DNA of 64,000 bases from a virus (Duplodnaviria; Caudoviricetes): positions 28,872 through 92,871 of the IMG/VR virus record IMGVR_UViG_3300014205_000194; one strand, written 5' to 3'. The notes beneath the pieces are model-generated. The model was not told the origin of the DNA and did no database searches. It worked only from the letters and a program-made list of their open reading frames with translations. Position numbers and translations under genes: made by a program. Shown here piece after piece: positions 55,340 to 64,000 of the stretch; positions within the stretch are counted from its first letter, which is position 1, and every line of letters begins with the position of its first letter.

Positions 55340-56003
55340 ATGTGATCCAGAATTGGGATTTGCAATCCACGAACACCTAAAGGCGGCTGGTGTAGAGACG
55401 CCGATGTTCATTGATGTGGTGAACTCAGATAACAAAGAAAAACTCAGGGCAATCAAACATCATTTCACCGAGATTATGACCGTCCTCGGTCTCGATCTTA
55501 CTGACGATAGTCTGATAGATACGCCGACCAGAGTCGCGAAGATGTATGCCAATGAGATTTTTCGTGGACTAGACTATAACAATTTTCCGAAATGCACTGC
55601 GGTAGACAATAAGATGTTATATGACGAAATGGTCATCGAGCGCAACATTGTAGCAATATCTAGCTGTGAGCATCATTTTGTTACTATTGACCAGCGAGTC
55701 GATATTGCATATATTCCTAATGATAGAGTTCTTGGGCTGAGTAAACTGAATCGCATCGCCAAGTTCTTCGCTCAGCGCCCGCAGATTCAGGAGAGGTATG
55801 CGGAACAACTCTTTCATGCACTAGAATATATTCTTCAAACGAATAATATTGCGGTGGTCGTTAACGGTAAACATTATTGTGTCGCTCAGCGTGGAGTAGA
55901 AGATACGAATTCGTATACGATCACTTCTAAATTGGGTGGTGCATTCAAATCTAATCCAGATTTGAGAAAAGAGTTCATGGATTTGGTTAAGTCGACGAGG
56001 TAA
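55332..56003 (+). CDS. folE: GTP cyclohydrolase I
   Basis: TPTRVAKMY, CEHHF, GLSKLNR, QIQER, HYCVAQRG. Confidence 0.95.
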   Translation: MSRCDPELGFAIHEHLKAAGVETPMFIDVVNSDNKEKLRAIKHHFTEIMTVLGLDLTDDSLIDTPTRVAKMYANEIFRGLDYNNFPKCTAVDNKMLYDEMVIERNIVAISSCEHHFVTIDQRVDIAYIPNDRVLGLSKLNRIAKFFAQRPQIQERYAEQLFHALEYILQTNNIAVVVNGKHYCVAQRGVEDTNSYTITSKLGGAFKSNPDLRKEFMDLVKSTR

Positions 56004-56005
56004 TT

Positions 56006-56611
56006 ATGGGATTACAAGAAAGAACCGCCACTGCGATTGATAGAATTAAAGCTGCATTTTGGGTAAATGATGGAGATGTAATATCCGGACACTCGGGCGG
56101 TAAAGATTCTGTGGTTATCGATGATTTGATTAGACGAAGTAATTATGAGCCCGCTTATATCGTCCATAACGTCAAACCATTATTGGGTACGTCGGGTGAT
56201 CCTGTCGCCGCTCTGACGGAGATGCACCCACTCACTCTGGAATTCCTGTATACTGATGTTTGCATGAAAAGAACCATTACTTTTATGCACTCGTCTCGGA
56301 TGAGTGATTGGTTGCTTTGTGTGAATGTTAAATGTCAGATAGATGGATCTAGATTATGCGAATTTAGCCGATCAGGTAAAAGCTCACAATTCATTATGAA
56401 CGGTGTATCCACATCTAGATCTGAAATGACCGAATATGTTAAGAATGGAATTTTCGGTCTAAACATGTCATATCCAATCTATGACTGGTCTGATGACGAT
56501 GTATTCGAATATATCCACGAAAACGGACTTAATATCTCGAAAGAATATGATGTGAATGGGGAATATGATGACTGGAAAAGACGTAATAATATTAGCGCCC
56601 CATGTCGATGA
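56006..56611 (+). CDS. PAPS-reductase-like PP-loop protein
   Basis: SGGKDS PP-loop, GSR..E, PIYDWSDDDVFEYI. Confidence 0.8.
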   Translation: MGLQERTATAIDRIKAAFWVNDGDVISGHSGGKDSVVIDDLIRRSNYEPAYIVHNVKPLLGTSGDPVAALTEMHPLTLEFLYTDVCMKRTITFMHSSRMSDWLLCVNVKCQIDGSRLCEFSRSGKSSQFIMNGVSTSRSEMTEYVKNGIFGLNMSYPIYDWSDDDVFEYIHENGLNISKEYDVNGEYDDWKRRNNISAPCR

Positions 56612-57161
56612 TGAGCTCATTGGATGTTATCGTGTTCTAACAGAAGGCAGGGTGAGTGATGTATTTTACTTCTTTGATTTAACCGATGAAAGAAAAGACG
56701 AAGCAAGAGCAGTAGCTGAGTATTTCGGTTTTACTGCTCACTTTCCACACGAGTTCGAAAGGGATATTGATCCAGTTAAGATTATATACGCACCGAACAT
56801 ATCCGATTATCACCCACACCACAAAAAAATTAATTATCTAGCGAAAGGGCTCACTAATAAAAAACGGTATTATTCTATAGATATGAATCGAGACATAGAG
56901 CTCGTATCTCATGAAAGGAAGCGTGAACTACTGCATAGGTTCTATCCATCACAAGCCAGCCTGTTAAACTCGAACGATAAATATTTTTTGTTTGAATCAG
57001 ACATCCCCACTGATGTACTGTATATAGATAAATCCACTGGAATTGAGACGTCGGTATCTAGATCAATTGAGGCTGTAGTGGATTCCATAATATATAAAAA
57101 CCCGGGTAGATATTTAAGATTAGAAATTGATGATATACTGGTAGAATTTAATCCACACTGA
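56565..57161 (+). CDS. PIG-L/LmbE-family deacetylase
   Basis: APHVDDELIG, R..EA, HPHH, YPSQ. Confidence 0.8.
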   Translation: MMTGKDVIILAPHVDDELIGCYRVLTEGRVSDVFYFFDLTDERKDEARAVAEYFGFTAHFPHEFERDIDPVKIIYAPNISDYHPHHKKINYLAKGLTNKKRYYSIDMNRDIELVSHERKRELLHRFYPSQASLLNSNDKYFLFESDIPTDVLYIDKSTGIETSVSRSIEAVVDSIIYKNPGRYLRLEIDDILVEFNPH

Positions 57162-57170
57162 GGAATTATT

Positions 57171-57557
57171 ATGCATATTGGGCTGGAAGCGGAAGGTCGG
57201 TTAAAGGGTGTACCGACATTGAATTTAACCGCGGATGAATTTATTAACAAGACATATGAAAGAGTTACTGCTCCTTACGGTAATATCTACATCACCGATC
57301 TAGAAAATATCTTGGATCTAGACACGATTGATAAAGAGCGCAATCCGCTAGTGGATCCCATCTTGTCTATCGAAAGGACGAAGGTTGATCGACAATATCC
57401 GAACATCAATATTATCATCTATGCAGATGTGCCTATTATGATGCTGAAGGACACGGATCAGATTAAAGTTCATTCAGGACAAAATGTCTGGATGATAAGC
57501 AAAGAATCTATGATCAAGTCTACACCCGAAGATTTCGAAGGAGACTTTAGTGTCTGA
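57171..57557 (+). CDS. Hypothetical protein of the deazaguanine cluster
   Basis: GAGGA RBS; IGLEAEGRLKGVPTL. Confidence 0.7.
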   Translation: MHIGLEAEGRLKGVPTLNLTADEFINKTYERVTAPYGNIYITDLENILDLDTIDKERNPLVDPILSIERTKVDRQYPNINIIIYADVPIMMLKDTDQIKVHSGQNVWMISKESMIKSTPEDFEGDFSV

Positions 57558-58656
57558 ATTATTTTATGTGCCTATTGAGCCATTGGAAGAGCGTTATACC
57601 GAGAGTTGGTATCGTAATTTTCCGAAAGCATTCGTCGCCAAGGGACTAGATGTATCTGTTGTTGACGGAATCCCGTTGACCGATCATGTCGATGTTGGTA
57701 CGTTCCTGGATATCAACAGTACGGTGTGTTATAAGAGTTCGCAGATGCGTTCTATTGCCGGGTTGTTTCATAACAAACGTGTATCAAATGGTGATATATT
57801 CTTCATAGGTGATACTGAATTTTGGGGCATCGAAGTAATCAGACTTCTGGCTGATATGAACAACGTCAAGGTAAAAATCTTTTCGTTCTTACACGCAGGA
57901 TCCTATACTAAGGAAGACGCGTTCGAGATTGCGTCTCCTTACCAGAAATACACAGAGTTGGGTTGGGTCGCATCAATGGACGGAATCTTTGTTGGTACCC
58001 AGTACCATAAAGACGCATTTATCGAAAGACGGATTAAACCATATGCTGCTGCGGAAGATGTAAAGTCGCTGTCAGATAAAATTCATGTGACTGGCAACCC
58101 TATGTTCTACGAGGACTATCGGGGATTTGATTTGCCGAAAGAGAATAAAATTATCATATCGAACAGATTCGATTGGGAGAAGCGACCAAACGTTAGTCTG
58201 CAATTCGTTTATCTGTTAAAGAAACGACATCCGGATTGGGAAATTGTCGTTACGACCTCTAGACCTAAATTCAAATCAAATAAACAATGGTTGGTCGAGT
58301 TGGCGCGGAACATGGAAGCGGATGGTATCATTAAAATAAAAGAAGGGTTAAGTAAAGAGGAATACCATCGAGAATTGGCAACGAGCAAGGTAATGCTATC
58401 TAATAGTATCGAAGAAAACTTCGGCTACTGTGTTGCCGAGGCATTACACTATAACACGGCGCCTGTCCTTCCGAATAAACTATCGCATCCAGAATTGGTT
58501 TCTAATGATCAGATGTTCTTGTTTGATGATGAGGATGATATCGTAGATAAGGTCGAGAAAATAATGGACCTAGATAAAGTGGAAACGCGCAAATATGTTG
58601 CTCGTTATTTCGATCTTTGTATGAATGATATTATAGGACATATGATTAATGATTAA
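57550..58656 (+). CDS. GT-B (GT4-like) glycosyltransferase
   Basis: NRFDWEKRP, EENFGYCVAEA (Ex7E-like), SHPEL. Confidence 0.85.
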   Translation: MSELFYVPIEPLEERYTESWYRNFPKAFVAKGLDVSVVDGIPLTDHVDVGTFLDINSTVCYKSSQMRSIAGLFHNKRVSNGDIFFIGDTEFWGIEVIRLLADMNNVKVKIFSFLHAGSYTKEDAFEIASPYQKYTELGWVASMDGIFVGTQYHKDAFIERRIKPYAAAEDVKSLSDKIHVTGNPMFYEDYRGFDLPKENKIIISNRFDWEKRPNVSLQFVYLLKKRHPDWEIVVTTSRPKFKSNKQWLVELARNMEADGIIKIKEGLSKEEYHRELATSKVMLSNSIEENFGYCVAEALHYNTAPVLPNKLSHPELVSNDQMFLFDDEDDIVDKVEKIMDLDKVETRKYVARYFDLCMNDIIGHMIND

Positions 58657-59890
58657 TGGAAATGAATTACATTACATTTCTAGTGGAATGGGGCACACTA
58701 GACTCACTGGTATTAGAGAACCCAAGACAGTCGAGTGGGTGAACTCAGTCATCAAGAAGATGAACAACGATTTATATCAGACCGGGTTCCTTTATAATGC
58801 ATATACCGAACGAAATATCGGTCAGTTGATCGATAAATTCTATAAAGATAGTCTATGTGACGTCCACGCCGACTCAGGTGGTCTTCAGATGATCACCCGC
58901 GGGCATACTGTGACCGAGGAGATGAAGGATCGTATCTATAATCACCAGGCAAAGTACAGCACTATCGCGATGTCGTTCGATGAGATTCCCGTCACGTCTG
59001 GCAATGGAGTGACGGATTTTTCTAATAGACGATTTAATAGACATCTAGTAGAGGAAAAGGCTGCCGCATCCGGCAAAAATCTATTAAGGCAACTGGAAGT
59101 TTTTGCTAAGTGTAAGACAAAGGCAAAGCCATTACTAATTGCCCAGGGTAACTGTCTAGATACATATCGTACATGGGTCGATGTTGTGCAACAACAGATA
59201 CCAACCGAATTGCTCGATATGTTGGGCGGAATCGCCATGGCGGGCGCGTCTATGGGTAATGGTGATCTGGAGAATATCAGGACTGCGTTCTACTTTACCC
59301 AGCTAAATCTTAAATTCGATTGCAAGCAAGTCCACTTGCTGGGTGTCGGTTCGTTGAGTAGATTGCTACCTACTCTGGTTTTTATGCGTAATGGGTTATA
59401 CAAGAATCTCGTCATTTCGCTCGACTCTACTACGCATACCTCTCAGGTTTCGCTGCGGAAATTTAATACTGAAAATGATATCATCTTCCTTGGTAGATTC
59501 TACGATCCTATAAGTTATAAAAAACTATACGAATATTATAAATTTTTCGACGTTACGTTCGACGATCCGTATGAATTGTTTACTATAATGAACGGGCCAT
59601 CTTTTAAAGATATTCCACCGGCTAATACCGAATACATCCACAAGTATATGCAATCACAGTTCGGACTATTCGCGATTTCTGCTAAGAATGTGTTAGATAA
59701 TGCAGTACAGTTCATAGAGAATAAACGGGTACACGATCTAATGTCAGATAAATTATCGGCACCGATTAAATTTTTAGAAGAAGTCCAGACACTTGAAGAT
59801 TATATACACTGGGAACGTAATTTCGCCCAGCACATGAAAACAAACAGAGTACCCGTTTCGGACGAGTCTACACTAGAGGGTTTATTTTGA
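58649..59890 (+). CDS. dpdA: TGT-fold DNA transglycosylase (DpdA-like)
   Basis: ADSGGLQ, SFDEIP, AQG, GIAMAG, HLLGVG, SLDSTTH; deazaguanine gene context. Confidence 0.8.
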   Translation: MINGNELHYISSGMGHTRLTGIREPKTVEWVNSVIKKMNNDLYQTGFLYNAYTERNIGQLIDKFYKDSLCDVHADSGGLQMITRGHTVTEEMKDRIYNHQAKYSTIAMSFDEIPVTSGNGVTDFSNRRFNRHLVEEKAAASGKNLLRQLEVFAKCKTKAKPLLIAQGNCLDTYRTWVDVVQQQIPTELLDMLGGIAMAGASMGNGDLENIRTAFYFTQLNLKFDCKQVHLLGVGSLSRLLPTLVFMRNGLYKNLVISLDSTTHTSQVSLRKFNTENDIIFLGRFYDPISYKKLYEYYKFFDVTFDDPYELFTIMNGPSFKDIPPANTEYIHKYMQSQFGLFAISAKNVLDNAVQFIENKRVHDLMSDKLSAPIKFLEEVQTLEDYIHWERNFAQHMKTNRVPVSDESTLEGLF

Positions 59891-60240
59891 ATACGTATAT
59901 CCGAGTAAAAACAGAGTTTGAGGGTTGGCATTGCTATCCCAATGCAGGATCGATCGATAGCAGGATTAAATTCTTAGAAAATGAACATCGACATATCTTC
60001 AAGATATGTGCTAAAATATCCGCAACTCATCTCGATAGAGAACTAGAATTCTTCTTAGTAAAGTGGAAGATTGATGAATTCATTAAGTCTGGTGATAGAA
60101 ACCATCAGTCATGTGAAATGATTGCAAACGACATTCTGGCACATTTGAGTCGAGAATATGGACATGATAGATATTACGAAATAACTGTATCGGAAGATGA
60201 CGAGAATGCCGGCATCGTAGAATATGATGGGAGGGTATAA
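59887..60240 (+). CDS. QueD-like T-fold protein (DpdL-like)
   Basis: LENEHRHIF matches LxxxHRHxF; RELEF, SCEMIA, VSEDDENA. Confidence 0.7.
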   Translation: MNTYIRVKTEFEGWHCYPNAGSIDSRIKFLENEHRHIFKICAKISATHLDRELEFFLVKWKIDEFIKSGDRNHQSCEMIANDILAHLSREYGHDRYYEITVSEDDENAGIVEYDGRV

Positions 60241-60689
60241 TGGGTAAATATATCAGCACAAAGACCTACGGAGCCGAACGAGGGTTTAGTGTTAGTTACA
60301 GACAATGGAGAGCGGATTCACATTGTAATCTTATTCATGGATATGCTTTGTGTTTTCATGTGGAGTTCGAGGCCACTGATCTGGATGCTCGTAATTGGGT
60401 TGTGGACTTCGGGTCTCTTAAGAGCTTCAAGTCGTTTCTCGATGATCATTTCGACCATACCTGCCTAGTGGCCTCGGATGATCCTGAATATGATCTGTTC
60501 GTCGAAATGCACAACAAAAAATTGATTAAGATGGTGGAAGTAGAAAAGACTGGGTGTGAGGGTCTTTCTAAATTCCTGTTTGACTATTTAGGATGCTGGA
60601 TTGCGGATAATGGGTATTCGCCCCGAGTCAGAGTACGGAAGGTGGAAGTAAGAGAAACCCCATCGAATTCTGCCATGTATACTGAATGA
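60240..60689 (+). CDS. queD: 6-carboxytetrahydropterin synthase
   Basis: CNLIHGY, WVVDFG, FDH, VRETPSNSA. Confidence 0.9.
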   Translation: MGKYISTKTYGAERGFSVSYRQWRADSHCNLIHGYALCFHVEFEATDLDARNWVVDFGSLKSFKSFLDDHFDHTCLVASDDPEYDLFVEMHNKKLIKMVEVEKTGCEGLSKFLFDYLGCWIADNGYSPRVRVRKVEVRETPSNSAMYTE

Positions 60690-60714
60690 CTATCATTAGA
60701 ATAAACCCTTTATA

Positions 60715-60783
60715 AATCAATAACTTACGTATACCATAGAATAGCTCACTCAAGGTACTTTTTCCAATAGATTCAAGCACTTA
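60715..60783 (+). promoter_or_regulatory. Pair of direct IHF-like boxes, similar to 50296-50363
   Basis: AATCAATAACTTA and ATTCAAGCACTTA with AGCTCACT between. Confidence 0.5.
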
Positions 60784-60859
60784 CAGGAAATCCCTTTAAA
60801 AGTAGGGCCTCAATCAGTACCCATATACGTTAGATTTTAATACAAGATACCCCCAAATA

Positions 60860-60912
60860 AAACCCTAGTAGAAACAACGACTTAGCGTAAGTTACTGTTT
60901 TTACTAGGGTTT
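60860..60912. repeat. 53-bp imperfect palindrome (copy 3)
   Basis: AAACCCTAGTAGAAACAACGACTTA-GCG-TAAGTTACTGTTTTTACTAGGGTTT. Confidence 0.8.
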
Positions 60913-60918
60913 CTTTTC

Positions 60919-60947
60919 TTTACTCTGGTGTTCGGTGTGACTATAAT
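60919..60947 (+). promoter_or_regulatory. Sigma70-type promoter
   Basis: TTTACT-N17-TATAAT. Confidence 0.65.
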
Positions 60948-60984
60948 GGCTACATCAACAACAAACACCAGAAGGTGAACTGAA

Positions 60985-61323
60985 ATGGCATATATGTCGC
61001 AGGAACACAAAGCAGAAATTGCACCGGTTGTTAAGAAGATTCTCAACAAATATGGGCTGAAGGGTTCGCTGTCCGTTCGTGACCATAACTCATTGGTGCT
61101 CACGATCAAATCCGGTAAGTTGGATTTCGTTGGTGAATACAACAGGAGCGAGTCCAACCGTCATGGCGACTCGACCATCGCCGAGTGTTTACAGGAGCTC
61201 GCCTCTGCCCTTCGCAGGCCGCGGTTCTTCGACGAAAGCGACATCTCGACCGACTACTTCTGCTCACACTACATTGATATCAAAGTCGGCAAGTGGAATA
61301 AGCCATACGAGTTGACAAAGTAA
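60985..61323 (+). CDS. Conserved phage early protein
   Basis: MAYMSQEHK..IAP.VK.IL.KYG.KGSLSV...FDESD..TDYF...GKWNKPY. Confidence 0.8.
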   Translation: MAYMSQEHKAEIAPVVKKILNKYGLKGSLSVRDHNSLVLTIKSGKLDFVGEYNRSESNRHGDSTIAECLQELASALRRPRFFDESDISTDYFCSHYIDIKVGKWNKPYELTK

Positions 61324-61340
61324 GACGAGTGGGTTATACT
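61312..61340 (+). promoter_or_regulatory. Sigma70-type promoter
   Basis: TTGACA-N17-TATACT. Confidence 0.7.
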
Positions 61341-61366
61341 GTCTGACATAGATAGGAGTAATTAAG

Positions 61367-61540
61367 GTGTCCTGTAAAGCCAGACAGTATAGCGACCAGA
61401 TGTATTGTTCGTCGTGTGGGTTGTCCTGGGACGTTAATGACCCAGAGCCGCCCAGTTGTTCCTGGGAATTCATTGAGCAGCAACGCAAGACAAATGGTAA
61501 CGATTGGCTGAAAACGATTAAAGAATTTTTGGGAAAATAG
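61367..61540 (+). CDS. Small Cys-rich (zinc-binding) protein
   Basis: C.ARQYSDQMYCSSCGLSWDVNDPEPPSC; AGGAG upstream. Confidence 0.65.
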   Translation: MSCKARQYSDQMYCSSCGLSWDVNDPEPPSCSWEFIEQQRKTNGNDWLKTIKEFLGK

Positions 61541-61601
61541 TTTGATTTTTGTGTCGAAACAGTTATACTAAGCACATCAAAACTAACTAGGGTAAGTTGA
61601 C

Positions 61602-61784
61602 ATGGACAAGCGTGAACTGTTCAAGACCGCCATAATCACTTCTACTGGCAGTGTATTTCAGGAAGGGGAGATTGTTTCTGTTAGCGTAAAACATCGAATG
61701 TCTGGCCCCTGGGTATTCGAGTGCCGTAGAGGCAAGCGAGTCGCTAACTATAGCGAAGGTTTCCTTACCAACTTTTGTCTGTGA
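61602..61784 (+). CDS. Hypothetical early protein
   Basis: ORF behind TTGATT-N16-TATACT. Confidence 0.6.
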   Translation: MDKRELFKTAIITSTGSVFQEGEIVSVSVKHRMSGPWVFECRRGKRVANYSEGFLTNFCL

Positions 61785-61993
61785 GACTAGACATGAACGA
61801 CAAAGAAAATGAAGTATACTGCGCGGTCGGAACCCTGGTTCTGGCATTCTTGACTGTAATTATGATGGGAGTCATGTGATATGAATGGGGTGCAATTTCT
61901 GTTCTTGATTTTGGTTATTATTTTTGCTCCGACTTTTAACAGGTTTCGATGATATAGCTATTATCATCGAAAACAGGCGACTGATCATCACCT

Positions 61994-62155
61994 CGGGTGT
62001 ATGGTGACGCTCGGGTCTTTGGCTCCGCTCGGGTGTATGGCTGCGCTCAGGTGTTTAACACCGCTCAGGTATCTGGCTCCGCCTGGGTGTTCGGCCACAC
62101 GCACCTGACTTCAGGTGAATATAAAGAAGAAATACTGTGCGAGGAGGCGTCGTGA
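61994..62155 (+). pseudogene. 3' fragment of a hexapeptide-repeat (left-handed beta-helix) gene
   Basis: RVYGDA-RVFGSA-RVYGCA-QVFNTA-QVSGSA-WVFGHT; in-frame stop just upstream at 61982. Confidence 0.65.
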
Positions 62156-62457
62156 TTGAGAGACCTGTCAAACTCAACCTCCTGACACTGGGCGCACGTG
62201 TTTCCGAACACAAACCTGTAGCCTTTGGCGAGTTAACCTGTGGTCTGAACCCGCAAGGTCACTACGTGGTGCGTAATCTGCACTTGCCGCTGTTTGTCTG
62301 CATCAACGGCGTCTGGTACATGGCCGAGAAATGCCGGAGTTACATCAAGCCCCTGCCGGACACCCTGATGTTGGAACACCTGGAAGCCACCTTGATGCCA
62401 GTTCCCATCAAGATCCCGCAAGACCTGTTGACCGCGATGGTTGCCCCATCCAGTTAG
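62152..62457 (+). CDS. Hypothetical protein
   Basis: GAGGAGG RBS, GTG start overlapping the upstream stop. Confidence 0.6.
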   Translation: MIERPVKLNLLTLGARVSEHKPVAFGELTCGLNPQGHYVVRNLHLPLFVCINGVWYMAEKCRSYIKPLPDTLMLEHLEATLMPVPIKIPQDLLTAMVAPSS

Positions 62458-62486
62458 TTGACTTTTGTTATCACTTGTGATATAAT
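62458..62486 (+). promoter_or_regulatory. Sigma70-type promoter
   Basis: TTGACT-N17-TATAAT. Confidence 0.75.
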
Positions 62487-62635
62487 GTATACACATCAAT
62501 AGGAGAACACCCGTTAACACCTGAGCGAGAGGAGTGCTGTGCAGCCACCAACGTTCCGCCGAGTTCCACTTTCCAACCCTGTTGGAAACACAAAAACGCA
62601 CGACAACCATTGACCACACAATGAGGTAACACACC

Positions 62636-63736
62636 ATGTCAAATGCACAAGCCATGTATGAACTGAATCTCGACCAGGCTGTGGCCGCTATCGCTGCCAA
62701 CGGGCACAAGCGCACGACGCTGGTACAAGGCCACATGGGCTGCGGCAAGTCGTCCATGCTCGCGGTACTGGCCGAACGGTTTCCCACCCACCACGCCTGC
62801 TACTTCGACTGCACCACCAAGGACTTGGGCGACATTACCATCCCGCACATTGCCCACCTGAAAGCCGGTGCTGATTACGTCGAGTACCTGACCAACGAAG
62901 AACTTGGTCTGCATCTGGACAAGCCCGTCATCCTGATGATCGACGAGTACGGCAAGGCGAACCCGGCAGTGAAAAACGCCCTGCTGCGCCTGATGCTGGA
63001 GCGCAAGATGGGTGGCCGCAGCTTGCACAGGGACAGTATCGTTTTCTCCACGACTAACCTCGGGGTCGAAGGGGTGGGTGATCTGTTGCCAGCGCATGCC
63101 CGCAACCGCCTGACCGTGATCGCCCTGCGCAAACCGACGCACATTGAGTGGATCGAGTGGGGTATCGAGAACGGCATCGACCTTGCCTTGTTGGGCTGGG
63201 TCAAGGACAACCCGCAGGTGTTCGCCGACTTCCGCGAAGTCAAAGACCCCGATGACAACCCGTACATTTTCCACCCGCGCTCGGCACGCACGGCGTTTGT
63301 TACCCCGCGTTCCCTGGAAGGTGCGTCGGACTGGTTGAAAGTGCGTGACACGCTGGACCGTCAGACCCTGACCGCCGCCCTGATGGGTACGCTCGGTGAC
63401 CGCGCCGCGATGGACTTGGCGGCGTTCATTACGCTGGCCGATCAACTGCCGAAACTGGAGAGCATCAAGGCCAGCCCGGACAGCGCGCCCGTGCCGACCT
63501 CGCCGAGTGCCGTATGCATGGTGGTATTCAAGGTGTTGCAGGTTATTGAGCAGGAGTGGGTCGAGGCATGGCTAACCTATATGAACCGCCTGCCGAAGGA
63601 AGCGCAGGGTATGTTTGTCAATGGTATCCGCGCGCCGAAGTACAACGCCGAGCGGCGTAATGCGGTCATGACGAGCCGGGGCTTCGGTGCATGGGCCCGC
63701 CAGAATGCGTACCTGTTCAGTGCCGACGGGGTTTGA
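62636..63736 (+). CDS. MoxR-like AAA+ ATPase (GC-rich)
   Basis: GHMGCGKS, MIDEYGKA, TTN, NR, TPRS. Confidence 0.85.
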   Translation: MSNAQAMYELNLDQAVAAIAANGHKRTTLVQGHMGCGKSSMLAVLAERFPTHHACYFDCTTKDLGDITIPHIAHLKAGADYVEYLTNEELGLHLDKPVILMIDEYGKANPAVKNALLRLMLERKMGGRSLHRDSIVFSTTNLGVEGVGDLLPAHARNRLTVIALRKPTHIEWIEWGIENGIDLALLGWVKDNPQVFADFREVKDPDDNPYIFHPRSARTAFVTPRSLEGASDWLKVRDTLDRQTLTAALMGTLGDRAAMDLAAFITLADQLPKLESIKASPDSAPVPTSPSAVCMVVFKVLQVIEQEWVEAWLTYMNRLPKEAQGMFVNGIRAPKYNAERRNAVMTSRGFGAWARQNAYLFSADGV

Positions 63737-63737
63737 G

Positions 63738-64000
63738 ATGAAAAAATATACCCTCCTGCCAACGGACACCGTTGAAGTCAACGGCACAACACTCCATCGC
63801 ATCCAAGCGTTGCGAGCCTTCGGCAGCGTAGCCAAGGGTGACTTGGGCGGTTACGTCGGGAGTGAAGACAACCTGAGCCACGACGGCGAGTGCTGGGTGT
63901 CTGGCGACGCTCAGGTGTCTGGCTCCGCTCACGTGTATGACGACGCTCGGGTGTATGACGACGCTTGGGTGTATGGCGATGCTCGGGTGTCTGGCTCCGC
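63738..64000 (+). CDS. Hexapeptide-repeat phage protein (runs off the window)
   Basis: LHRIQALRAFG.V.KGDLGGYV..E.NLS followed by A(W/R/Q)V(Y/S)(G/D)D repeats in 18-nt units. Confidence 0.85.
   Translation, partial: MKKYTLLPTDTVEVNGTTLHRIQALRAFGSVAKGDLGGYVGSEDNLSHDGECWVSGDAQVSGSAHVYDDARVYDDAWVYGDARVSGS

Noticed and set aside
56006-56611. Calling the PP-loop protein QueC, or a Dnd phosphorothioation system
   Set aside because: It has SGGKDS and PIYDW (PAPS-reductase type), not the QueC SGGxDS plus C-terminal Cys zinc site; no other dnd/ssp genes are present
62639-63445. 268-aa minus-strand ORF and the many other antisense ORFs in the track
   Set aside because: Shadows of well-supported + strand genes, with no RBS or recognisable motifs
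61994-64000. Diversity-generating retroelement (template/variable repeat pair)
   Set aside because: The similarity is explained by hexapeptide coding repeats, the differences are not adenine-specific and no reverse transcriptase is present in the window
63890-64000. CRISPR array
   Set aside because: The 18-nt units are contiguous in-frame coding repeats without spacers; no cas genes seen
1-64000. Stop-codon reassignment
   Set aside because: Core genes are full length under the standard code, TAA/TAG/TGA all serve as terminators, and no suppressor tRNA was found

Overview
A 64-kb segment of a large T4-like (myovirus-type) phage genome. It is AT-rich and almost entirely coded on the + strand. 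It carries the replication/recombination core (gp47, gp46, gp1, gp45, gp44, gp62, regA, gp43, uvsX, gp41, gp61), nucleotide metabolism (dCMP deaminase, ThyX, MazG-like, class II RNR), a late/lysis block (Dps, probable internal head proteins, embedded Rz/Rz1 spanins, holin), three tRNAs and small early genes behind sigma70-type promoters. Highlights: (1) A 7-deazaguanine DNA-modification cluster (QueE, FolE, QueD, DpdL-like, DpdA/TGT-like) with no QueC in the window, which additionally encodes a purine PRTase, a PAPS-reductase-like PP-loop protein, a PIG-L deacetylase and a GT4 glycosyltransferase. This is a candidate undescribed glycosylated-deazaguanine pathway. (2) The DNA polymerase is split into gp43A/gp43B, and gp43B is further interrupted in motif B by a 256-nt ORF-less group I intron that the ORF track misses. 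(3) A NARP1-like NAD+ reconstitution pair with an RlmN/Cfr-like radical SAM gene between the two genes. (4) A large NDP-sugar/glycosyltransferase complement. (5) Several cis-elements: a ROSE-like thermometer before hsp20, a late promoter inside an RBS-sequestering hairpin, repeated 53-bp palindromes with IHF-consensus arms, pseudoknot candidates and an orphan antisense promoter. All calls come from motif recognition by eye; no searches were run.
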